From Camelus ferus (Eukaryota), in contig NC_045697.1 in assembly GCF_009834535.1 (NCBI RefSeq), positions 23,066,001 to 23,130,000 on the forward strand: a stretch of 64,000 bases of DNA, in the 5' to 3' direction. The notes below the pieces were generated by a model. That model did not search any database. It saw only the letters and a program-made list of their open reading frames with translations, and was not told the DNA's origin. The first letter of the stretch is position 1. Each line of letters starts with the position of its first letter. This document shows positions 10,706 to 21,849 of the stretch, one piece after another. A program made the position numbers and the translations under genes.

Positions 10706-12029
10706 AGAATTAAGACCAACTAAAGCAAAGCAAATTATTCTAATATTCATTCCTTTGCAAACTGTGTCATGTGTCTATTCAATAAAATTATCATGCTTTG
10801 ATTTTTTTGACTGAAAATTTCCATAAAATTGTATACTGGTTGCTTCTTTTAATTTTAATATTGTTACTATTATGTTGATTATACAATTATTTCAGTTTAC
10901 AAAAAGTTCCTAATATATTTAGGTTATATATGGAGCAAAATATTTTATCCAATTTTTATACTTACTTATTAAGCTTCTAAACTTTATATTGCTATATTAA
11001 TATTTTCTTTATCAGAAATAAAAATAACAAGAAGTGAAATTTGCAAATATAATGAATAAACATAGTCAACCAAATTTGTACTAATCTTACTATTAAGCAC
11101 AATTATAATGAGAAATGCCAATTTTCCCCTTGAACTGAGTAGTTTCTTTATATAGCCTCCATTTACTAGATAACACAAACTTCCTACTTGACTCTGTACT
11201 ATGAAATGCTACCAAAAGAGAGTGTAGTTTTATATGTCTTTGAAGAGAAGAGGCAAAATGTACTTTTAGAACTTGTGTATTTTTTTTTTGCCAATTACAT
11301 TTTCAGTTCATTTACATTTTCATTCCTAATAGTCGTAGTATTCTGAATATGAAGACTGAATGCCTGTTACTTGCATATATTTAGCTCAATATCTTATCAT
11401 GGTGCATTTTACATTGAAATATCTTGATAATTAAAGTTTCAATGGGTGATTTCTTAAATTTATTACTACATTATCATTTTATGTACATTGTAATTTACAA
11501 CCTGAATTAGTAGCTTGTACTATTGTCATTAAGAAAAATAGAAAAAAAAATAGCAGCAATTATAAACAGTATGAGTTGATGTAAGCATTTTTGTTAGCCC
11601 TGAAGCAGTTCTGATAGTTTTATTGTCTTAATCAACTTAGTCAACTCTGTTTATTGCTCTTTGGAGGTGGCAGTTTTGAACACACGCTGGGGTGTTAGCT
11701 CACCACTGCCAAATTAAAAATGATAATTCTCATGCGTGAAATAACTGAATGGACTAATGACCAAATATCTTTATAATGTGAGCCAGTGTTGCAGCAGGTG
11801 GCCAAACAATTATACACCAGAACAGAATACATCCCTAAAGTAAAGAAAAAAATAAATAAATAAAGACACTTATAATATAATCAAAACAAAGACATTAAGA
11901 AGAGAGAAAAAATAAATACATATATATTTTTTGTATCTGTATCAATAATTACACACACTGAAGATTTAATATTTTGTTGTAAATAGTATAAGATCCCTAC
12001 CTTAAAAGTTTAATTCCACAGGGGTTCAT

Positions 12030-13480
12030 GGAATATATATTTATTGAGTGTATATGAGAAAAAATGAAAATATGAGGAAAGAACCAACATTATCAGAGCT
12101 CTTGACCTTGTGGAATTGACAGTCATTTTTCAGGAGATTTACCTCTGGTTAGTGTACCATTGCATAGGAAAATTCTGAAAATTAAGACTGATTATGACAA
12201 GTAAATTTTTGGAAAGAGTGACTTGGGAGGTAGACAAAGCATAGATCATGAAATGTCTTATATTCCAAGTGTGACTTTGAAATTTATCTTGGATGCAAAG
12301 AATAGTCACATATATACACAATATATGTGACAATATATAGGTTTACAATATATAGGGAAATTATTCTTGCAGCAAGATGGAGAAGTCAAGTGACTGATTA
12401 GGAGTTTTCTGTAATAATCCAGATGACGTTTTACTATAGGCAGTACTGAATTAATGACTGTGAATGAAGAACAGAGAGCAGATTCAAATAATCTCTAGAA
12501 AGGGGGGAGGGTATAGCTCAGTGGTAGAGTGCATGCTTAGCATGCACAGGGTCCTGGGTTTGAATCCCAGTACCTCCACTAAAAGGTAAATAAATTTAAT
12601 GACCTCCTCCCACTCCCCAAATAATCTCTAGAAATTAGACATAAATGCTTTTGTGACAAATCAGAGAAGGCATAAGTGTAAACGAAAACTCTGATGGAAT
12701 CTCCCAGATACCAGGTTGGGCATATAGACAAAAGATGCTCTCACTAAGTGATCAGGAACTACAGAAGGAGAAGCTGTTATTGAGGATAAGACATGAGTGT
12801 AACTTAGAATCTTCCTTCTCAGAGAGAGCTCTAAGGACCGACAGCTTGGCATCACTTGGGAGTTTGTTAGGAGTCCCAATTTCGATTTTCTCACGATCTG
12901 TTGAATCAAAATCTATATTTAACACAATTCCTAGGTAATGCAAAATCATGTATATAATATAGAACATGTTAAATTTGAGCTGCTTAGAGTAGATTAGTTA
13001 CAAGGTAGGTGTAGAAATCAGAAATATAAATATGAATACAGTAGAGAGCATATAATGGAAATATAAATTTGAGAAATGTCAGAAGAGATAGTCATGGGAA
13101 TAAATTAAAATTTCCTGAAGAAAGTGTACAGCAAGAGGAAATGGATTTCGAATATTCAAAGAGAAGTTAGAAGAAGGAGCAATGAAGGAAGCGAAGAAGA
13201 AAGTCTCTAAAAGGAAATTGGGATAATTGAGATTAGAATAGTGTCATATAATTTGTTGCAACGGGAAGGGAAGATAATCCTAATAAGATTACTCCTTTCA
13301 CTAAGTGACAGCCTAAAAAAGGGCCAGTGCATTTGGCAATTGGAGAGTTACTGGTTCACAATGCAAACACTTTTTGTGAAATAACAGATCAAAATACAGA
13401 TCCCCAAAGATTGAGTGATTGGCAGGTGAGGAGGAGAATAGACTTCTTTCTGTCTTAAAGGAGAGAGATAAGCTAGTGTT
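12030..13480 (-). mobile_element. Fragmented L2 LINE with nested SINE and a MER5-like piece (~12815-12970)
   Basis: 'tatttattgagtg', 'gtaataatccagatg', 'atgttaaatttgag', 'atttggcaattggagagttactgg' are typical reverse-strand L2 motifs. Confidence 0.55.
12502..12618 (+). mobile_element. tRNA-derived SINE (camelid Vic-1-like)
   Basis: ggggggagggtatagctcagtggtagagtgcatgcttagcatgcacagggtcctgggtttgaatcccagtacctcc; perfect 16-bp TSD aaataatctctagaaa (12486-12501 / 12619-12634). Confidence 0.9.
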
Positions 13481-13487
13481 TAGGGCA

Positions 13488-15090
13488 TAGTAGGCGATCT
13501 GTGAAATGGCCCTCAGAGAGCCCCACCCTTGTGTAATGCTCTCCTCCTGTGAGCTGGCTTTATGGACTGGGTTTTAATGAACAGAATTTGGTTGAAGGGA
13601 TAGGATGTCAGTTATGAGATCATATTGCAAAAAAAGACTGTGGCTTCCTTTTTAGAGACTCTCTCTTCATGGCCACCCACCTGCTGGTCTGTAAACTGTT
13701 GGTCTAGTGATTGAGCTTGGAGGCAGAATCTAGCCCAGGAGTTCTTGAGAAACTTGCAGCCCCAGCCAATAGCTTAACGGTAGACTCTTGAGAGATCAGA
13801 GACATAACCACCCAGCTCAAATGCACCCAGATTCCTGATCAACAGAAACTATGAAGTAACAAATATTTTTTTTAAAGAGTAAGATCAGAGTGATTTTTAC
13901 ACAGCCATAAAAAATTAATACAGATTTTGTTTCTTAGAGATTGGATACTCTCCTAACCTCTATGGAGAACTGGCATTGGAACCAGGCAGTGAACGTTGAG
14001 GGAGTGACTGTGAAGGCTTAAAGGGCAACAAACACATTGTTCATAGAATTCAGGATGCTGAGGAGCCTGTGGATGAGCAAGGAGCATATTCCTGAAAACT
14101 GAAGAAAAGGAAATCATTGTTATGTAGCAGAAGAAATTAAATGTTATTGGCAGTTATGCAGAAATCAGAACATGTGTCTGATGAGCTAGACCACCTACCA
14201 AAGGAGGTTTCAAAGCCCAGTGTTGAAGGTGCTGCTTGGTTTATTCTTGTTATCGAGGGTAAAACGTAGAGGGGAAAAAAATAAATTGATGGAAGACTAC
14301 TAAAAAAAGAAGCCAGAACTTGATGGCTTGGGGAGAAAAAGTGCTAAAATTAGGTGCTAAAATTTAAAAAAAAAGAAAAAAAAAGGCTCCAGCAAAGATC
14401 AAATCCAAGGCACTACCAGGAAAATATGGTATAAAGCTGAAGCTAGAGGTGTGCCTGTAAAACCTTTTATTAGGATCTCAGAAAGATCAAAGGTGGTGCC
14501 TCAGAGCGCTGTGTAGTCACATAAAAGGCCCTTTAAAGAGATTAAGGGTGTGCTCCAAAGATCCTCTCAATCAAACAATAGGGTCTGTGTGAAGTCTAAG
14601 AGGGTTGCCCTCCAGCCTTCTTGACAGGAGCCAAAAGTAGAGACAGACTTCTATCTAAGAGATAGTCTGAAAAAGTGAACCCCAAGAAGACTTATAAAAG
14701 ACCCACAAAGTCCTTTAAACACTTATCTATATACAGAAACATCACCACCCAATTGAACTGAAAAAGGCATTTGGGCCCCCCAAACCTCTGCAGTGAGAAA
14801 GTAGGCTGGGAAAACCACTCAGCTTCAAATGCATCTTTTTGTAAGAGAGGAAAAAATGTCTCTGAGAGCAGAACCGAGAACCCGGAAAGCAGAGCGAACT
14901 TGGAAACCAATCCTCACTCAGTCCCGCCTTGAGGTGACTAGGGCTCCCCTGCAGCTGGATTTCAATCTTCTGGGACACTCTGAGCAAGAGGCACCTCATT
15001 AAGTCACACTGGGTTTCTGACCCGTGAAAACTGAGATTGTAAAAGTGTGTTGTTTTAAATTGTTAAGCTTTGGAGTAATAAATAAATTAC
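13488..15090 (+). mobile_element. ERVL-MaLR (MLT1) element: LTR ~13488-13922, internal ~13923-14950, partial 3' LTR to ~15090
   Basis: 'cacccttgtgtaatgctctcc', 'gcagccccagccaa', 'cccagattcctga..cagaaactatga', LTR end 'aattaataca' followed by 'gattttg' MaLR internal start. Confidence 0.7.
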
Positions 15091-15804
15091 TGGTAGAGAA
15101 GGAGAGATGGACATTTAGAAACAAATTTGTGTAGCGATGAGTTTATAGGAGAAGCAAGAGTATTGTCGGTCAGACTGATCTTGATTAAGAGACGTGATAT
15201 TACTTTCCAGAGATGAAAAGGAAAGTGGATTATGATTCATTTTGAGGTAGTTTGAGAACATACTTTGTTGATTATATTTTCTTGACAAAAAAGGAGATAA
15301 AGATAGAACCATGGGTTTGACACTGAGTAAATTAAACTCGAACGGAATTTGGGAATGATCAAACCAGAGACAAGAGAAAGAATTATCAAAAAATGCTGAT
15401 GGCAAGACAGAAATTAACACTAGTATATTTGTATTGCAGGATGGGTAGGATAGAGGCATCAGGATGAACGATTTAGGTGCAGTTTCAGAGAGAAAAGATG
15501 ATTTACTTGACCTATAGTTTGAGTTGAAGACTCTAGAAGAGGGGCCAAGCTATTTCTGGATATTGCCAACAGATATTGAAGTCATGAATCGTGGGATCTA
15601 TTGTAGATAAGAAAATGTATAAAACCAAAAGGTCTTAGCAGACTAGGAGAAAATGGTGGGACCTAATATCTGATCTATTTGGATTCAGAACATAAGAAAA
15701 AGAGAATATGACTGGAAAATGCAATTTGGAAGTCTGTGTTTAGAGTTTCAGGTGCATGGCTTAGCCATTCCAGTGCATGATTATGAAGAAAGGAAGCACA
15801 CTTC

Positions 15805-16461
15805 TGTTAGCGCAGGCAAGTAGACAGCTAGATGTGAGGAGAGAAAGGGGAATGCAGGCCAAATGGCAGGAACCGGGCAGAAAGCAGGGGAGTGGGCCAA
15901 ATGCAGAAAACCATACATCATGTAAGCACCAGGGGTCCCTGGGCAGAGGAAAAAAGCAGGAACCTTGGGGCTGATAAGCAGTCACACATTTTGGGGTGAC
16001 AAGCAGCCTGAAGGTCAACAAGAAAGGTAGGAAAAAACAGGGATCTCCAGTATCCGAATGTAACCTTTTGCTTATTATGCCCTCATTTCAATAAAATTAG
16101 CCTTGCAGATTAGAAATACCCATCATGCACTGACTCCATGACACTTCTGATCCAGACTAAATAAGGACAAAAATCCCTCCTCCCTCTCGGAAGGTGGAGT
16201 TGGGCTAAAAATCAGGGACTAAGACCTCAAACCCTTCCCTCCCTAATGGATATTCCGCCCATTCATTTTTAGTCTGTATAATGAACCTGCCAAAGAAACT
16301 CAGCATAGCCGCTCACTTGAGTCTACCCGCTCTCCCCTTGAGAGCATACTAGCTATCCCTTAATAAATCCTCACTTTACTTTCTTAACCTCTGCAACTTG
16401 TTTCTGAATTTTTTCTGGGATGGGACTAGAATCTGGACACCAGTTACAAGTACCAGCAACA
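15805..16461 (+). mobile_element. ERV1 (MER4-group/MER50-like) solo LTR, copy 2, inserted in L2-like DNA
   Basis: TGTTAGCGCAGG...CAGCAACA; TSD CTTC (15801-15804 / 16462-16465); homologous to 5713-6368. Confidence 0.85.
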
Positions 16462-18937
16462 CTTCAGTGATGTGGTATTATATGAGGCATAGATTTTTTA
16501 GGGGGTTAAGGCAGGGATAATCAGAGATTAGAGAGATATGCCAAAACGCTATGGAAGGAAGACCAATCCCAGAGTTTTAAAAAAAGTATGTAGATTAATA
16601 GATTGAGGATATTTTATTTTCCTTGTGAATTTACAGAGAAGACGTATACTTCTAGGACAATAGTTCTATGTATGTATAAAAAATAATGAGGCTGTATAAA
16701 TGCTAAAATATTCACATTTTGTAATACTCTGTGGGCCTAAAGAAATAATAATAAAAAATTTTGTGTCATACATGATAGTTGTTTGTTATAAAAAACAAAA
16801 AAAGTATCTCTATGCTGTATCTTTTCTAATTCTAATATATTTATTTTGAAATATAGTTTAACATATTTTATCATTAAAAAATCAATAGAGATACAAAATT
16901 GGAGAATTTTTAAAATTGCAAAATGAAGAATTTAAATACAACAATTAACCTATTATCTCCACATTCACAGAGAAAAAGTATCTTGATATCATGAAATATT
17001 TTCTTTTAACCTTTTATCCATTTGCAAACTTAAACCCAGAAATGCACATATATACACAAATTGTTATTATAAATGCAGTTTGATATCTTGCTTTAAATTA
17101 TCAATTATAGTACTGACACAAAATATTAAATTAACCCTTTAAATTGTATCACTGATATTTTCCTACAGCTTAGATATTTTTAATAATTTCTAAATATTTC
17201 ATCATACAGGTTTATCCCACTTCACTTAACAATTTTCCTGTTTTACCAGAAATATAAATGTTACTATGTTCTTTAATTGAGGATAATGTAATGAACATCT
17301 TAATCCACACACCTTTGGGTGAGGTCCTATCCTTTTAGGCTAAATAGTGGAAATGTGTTAGATTTTAGATACATTTTTTTGAAGACTGAAGATAAGATAT
17401 ATCCTGCCAAATTGGTGTTATAAAAGTTTTTTTTTTCCTTAAAATATTTGTACAATCTTCAGCTTTGTAATAGTGAAGCTTTTTTCCCCCAGTTGACATG
17501 GTCGTTACTGAGTATTAGAGCATATATAAAAGTCCTATTATCTGATACCATAATGATCAGTGGGCTTTAATTAAATAGAACAAAAAAACAGTTAAAGTGA
17601 GAATGTAGGTAAATGAATTGAATTTAATTCAAAATATATTGTTACATCAAATTTTGAAACACAGTATACCAGCTGTCTTCATGTCTAATGCTGGGGCTTG
17701 ACTTCTTCAAGACAGGCTGTTGGAAAGGGAAGGTAAGTGTGAACAATAGGAACCCCACAAGCCTATGCAGGAGCCCACCTGAGGATCGGAGGCCATGCCA
17801 GTTTTCACTAACTTTAACCTCGATGATGTGGGTGTTCTACAGAAGCTGACATCCTTCATCTTGGAGCTAACCCCACACTTGACCCAGGAGTCAGGAGTCT
17901 GAAGGAGGATCAAAGAGCAGTTGGAGAAGCTCTGGATCAGCAGCAACCCCATGCCAACAAGGTAAGTCATCAAATGACTGGCAATGTGAGTCAGCTACAA
18001 AAGTTCCTGATGACCCTGACCTGACCTCCTGAGCGTAAAAAAGCTGCTGCTCTATTTCAGTCCTCTATACCTAGTGCAAAAATGTCTCTTATGGCCTAAG
18101 CAGAAACATGAGGGAAAGGACCCCTAGAGTACATGCTGGCAATGCTGACACTTCACAAAGCCACCACATGCAATCAAGGTCTTTGAGATTATTCGTGTGT
18201 TCTCATCATCATCACTTTCTGGAATAAAGCATATGTTCTTTGACTTCCAAACCTGATGTAACGGGAGTGAGTACTTAAGAATCCCTTAAAAATAATTTGA
18301 ATGCAGAATCTTCTTAGATTTTTATACATGTGTACACATATATACACATATATACCCAAATTTTATTTACTTTTTGCTTCCTCCCAAAATGACAGCAATA
18401 TTTTTTTTTAATTTGACATCGTTAGGTTATATAAAATTACTTAATTTTGTTTTTACAGAAACAACAATAGTGTTTCTTTTTCATTCACATTTTATAAGCA
18501 TGTCTGATTGTTAAGTAAATGAGGCAATTATAAAAAATAAATGTGCCACCAGTCTAAACAGATTTGGGAACAATACAATAGAATGCTGTTAAGCACACAA
18601 CTCTGTGTGGGAGGAGAAGGTCATGACCGTAACTGAGAGTAACCTACTAATCACTGATTTTCAGCCTGCCTTGGGCAACCATGGTCAATATATTTTAATG
18701 GATGAAAAGGAGACATCAGCTAGTGTGCTGTGCCTGTTAAACAGAGATCCGTCAGGAAAACAGTGACTTCAAATTTGTACCAAATTCCATACCACACATA
18801 TAGACCTTTTTCTAAAAAACATACATGCACATAATTAGACACATGTATATAAATATACACATATATGCGTATAGATACTTAGAGATGTCCACAGAAAATG
18901 AGGGAGAAAGGCTCTGAATTATACCTACAACAATATG

Positions 18938-19152
18938 CAGTAGTATGCTGGAGCCGGCTCTCATTGGCTTACAGAAGCCAATTGTCTGCATCTTTTCCAA
19001 ATCCACATCAGTCACGTCATGTTGGTGGCTTGAAACAAGGCATAGTGGGAATAGCTACACTTTGAAATTGACCAATGTTATAAATAGGAGTTTGGCCAGG
19101 TGCTCATTGCAGGGGAAAAGCCAGTTGTCAGACTCTTACCAGCACACCACTT
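18938..19152. mobile_element. MER63-like hAT MITE
   Basis: Terminal inverted repeats cagtagtatgctgg ... ccagcacaccact; internal 'gtcacgtcatgttggtggcttgaaa'. Confidence 0.7.
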
Positions 19153-19542
19153 GTTATACATATATGCACACACACACACACACATGCATGCACACATCCA
19201 ACTGTTTTAGGACTATTGCAATATATATGAAACAGTTCATTATTTTAAAACACCTCAGTAAACTAGTTTTGTTTCTGATACAGATATTTTTGTGTTTTAT
19301 TTCTCTGAAGTTTACATATAGCCTATAATTAATTGCATTTTGTAATTGGCTCAGGTTTCTTTTCCCCTTGGTGTTATAATAAATAAAGTTACACCTTATG
19401 ATCAGCTGTGTCATAGGTTTAATGACTTTTATGCACTGTGACACATTAACCATTCTATTTTTGCTGAATTTTTTGTTTGTTTCCAGTTTTTCACAAGTAC
19501 AAAAGATGCTATAATGATATATTAGTACACATTTATTTTATC

Positions 19543-20650
19543 GTCTCCAGCCTGGGATCCACTGATGATGCACTGACCATGGCAGCAGCTGCCCTGGTGG
19601 ACTGGAGCAGAAGCAACTCAGGGCCCTGGGGCCCCACAACTCAGGTCTCCATGCAGAGCCAGGTGAGAAAAGAACTCACCGCAGAAGCAACTCTGAGTGG
19701 GAGCCTGGAGCTCCCAACACCAAGAGATGCTTGAGCCTAAAGGAGAAGGCTCCACCCATAGCTGTGCCTGGAGTGAACTTCACCTTCCCACTTGCAGGAG
19801 CCGCTCTGAGGAAGGATCAGAGGGATGCCCACATCAGATGGATCATTCTCTCTCTGGCACTTTTCCAACCACCCAGTAATTGCTTCTGTCACGGAGATTC
19901 ACACATTCAACAGGGTGAATGTAATGGGGAGCAGCTGGGTGTGGACACCATTGTCAAGCATCTGGGCAGTATCCTTCTGCATCCTGAGTAGAAGTACCAG
20001 AAGAACAAGGTTTTCCAGCAGCACATTAACTGCCTGGAAGGGACCACAGGTTTCTGAGGCCACTGGCTTCCAGAAGGCAATGCTTCCAGCTTCCAGTCAG
20101 GAGCGCCCCCGAAGAATTCTATGTGCTGAGAGAGGTCGCCCGGGTCCGGCCCCAGAGCCTGGAGAGGCACCAGGAGCAGCTGCTGAGCGCCAAGCCAGTG
20201 CAGGCCACCTGACCCACAGCGTGGGGTCTTCCCGCCCTTGCCCCTGGCCTGACTTCTTCAAACTTACTGCAGAGGAGATCAAGCTAGCTCAGAAGCTCAG
20301 GTCTGAGGTCGTGGATGGGCCAAGCATGGTGAGTGCAGAAGGAGGCACTAGAGAGAGATGCGAAATACACCTACTCACTGATGCGTGTTGGCTTCTCCAA
20401 CTGCTCCTCCTCCAGGGGACTTTCTAAGCCGTGGCAGAGTGGAAGGCAGGTCGGTACTGCGCTGGTTCTTCCCGGAGGCCTTGCTCAGCGGCTGGCCTCG
20501 GGAGGGCACAAGATATCGGAAGAGGAGAACCTGGCCTTCCAAAAGTGGGACTAGTACCCTCAGCCCTCCTGACTTTCTCTGGGGATACATCCATGTTAGA
20601 GGACATCAAAGCTGTGGGAGTTGAGCAGAACTCCTCTACCCTGAAAGTCA
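19543..20650 (+). pseudogene. UBXN6: Processed pseudogene of UBX domain protein 6 (UBXD1), truncated at both ends, many frameshifts and stops
   Basis: Colinear peptides across frames match UBXN6: WGPTTQVSMQSQVRKELTAEATLSGS, AVPGVNFTFPLAGAALRKDQRDA, HFSNHPVIASVTEIHTFN, LGVDTIVKHLGSILLHPE (PUB domain), EATGFQKAMLP, DFFKLTAEEIKLAQKLRSE, LLQGTF, LASGGHKISEEENLA, GLVPSALLTFSGDTSMLEDIKA (UBX domain); no introns; in-frame stops at 19989-19991 and 20425-20427. Confidence 0.93.
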
Positions 20651-20694
20651 GCATATGACTGTGGTGGGGGCGGGGGTGGGGTGAGGGGAAGAAA

Positions 20695-21790
20695 GAGAAT
20701 TCAGTCCACAGCACTGAAAACAATTGCAAGAGTTTGGGTGAGAACAGGTGATGGCTCAGACTAAGGTGATAAGAAAGGCAGAGAGAAGAGAGAGCTTCCC
20801 TCTGGCAGTCGATCTCTTCTAACAGTAGCTTTAAGAAGAATCACCAATGGCATAGTTAGAAAGAGACTGATGTGAGGAAATCAGATGGTTCAAGCGTAAC
20901 TCCAAGATGTTTGGCTTGTATGAAGCCAATTTATGAGTCTGGAAGACCTGGTAAGAGCAAATGTAAAGAGAATTATCAATATTTCTGCTATGGCCAAGTT
21001 ACCTTAAAGCTTCTGAACGGGGGTTTAAAATTGCAATATCAGAGAAGTAGTATTTCTGCATTTGTATTTTTCTGGAAAAACTGGGGTTGGAGATACAGTC
21101 TGAGGAATCAGCATATGGATAGCATTTAACGTTAGGCAACTGGATAGACTCACTCAGGGAAATGCATAAATAGAGGTAAATAGAAGGTTCAAGACTGAGC
21201 CAAGACGAAATAGTAACATTCAGAGCTGAGCAGATGAATAAGTACCAAAAATAGGTATTAAGTGTGGCTGATGAGAGAGAAAGAGAAACAGGAGAATAAG
21301 GAGTCAGGAAGTCAAGAGAAGGAAGTACTTAAAGGATGAAGGTGAGGTTCACTGTCATGACAGTTTAAATGGAGTGCCATCAGTGGAAGAGTTTTGGAAT
21401 AAATCATAAATCGAATATGGGAAATGAGGATGCTGATTATGGACAACTATTTAAGTAATTTTAGCTACAAAGTGGAATGGAAAAAATAGGGTCATAGCTG
21501 AAGGGAAATGTAAGACCAGAAGATATTTTTATCTTAATTGGAGATTCTAGGAGATATTTGTACGCTGATGGAAATTATGGCATGGAAGGGAAGAAATCAA
21601 GAATGCATGAGAGAGAATAATCGGAGGGCATCAGTTGAGAAGGCAAAAATAGACGTGATCCCGCGCTCAGGCAAAACAGATGTTGTTGACCAGAACAGGG
21701 CACGAATCTGTAGTAACAGAGCTGAAAGCAGAGGATATGCATGTAGATGAAGGTAAATTGGTAGATTGGGTGTGAGGATGATGAGAGATT
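20695..21790 (-). mobile_element. L2 LINE fragment
   Basis: 'aattgcaagagtttgggtgaga..gatggctcagactaagg', 'ggaatcagcatatggatagcattta', 'caagactgagcc', 'tatggacaactatttaagtaattttagct'. Confidence 0.6.
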
Positions 21791-21849
21791 CCCCAAAAGA
21801 TACTCATATAGAACATCTTCATAATTTCAGGGAGTTTCATTGTTCCGCA

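Noticed and set aside
12502..12580. tRNA gene
   Set aside because: A and B boxes are present, but the TSD, the SINE 3' segment and a second copy at 7629-7773 show it is a tRNA-derived SINE.
5713..16461. Full-length provirus bounded by two direct LTRs (~10.7 kb)
   Set aside because: Each LTR has its own TSD on both sides; there is no PBS or gag/pol/env; the interior consists of SINE, L1, L2, MER5 and MLT1 host repeats.
19825..20427. 200-aa ORF as a functional gene
   Set aside because: It is a mosaic of in-frame and out-of-frame pieces of the frameshifted UBXN6 pseudogene.
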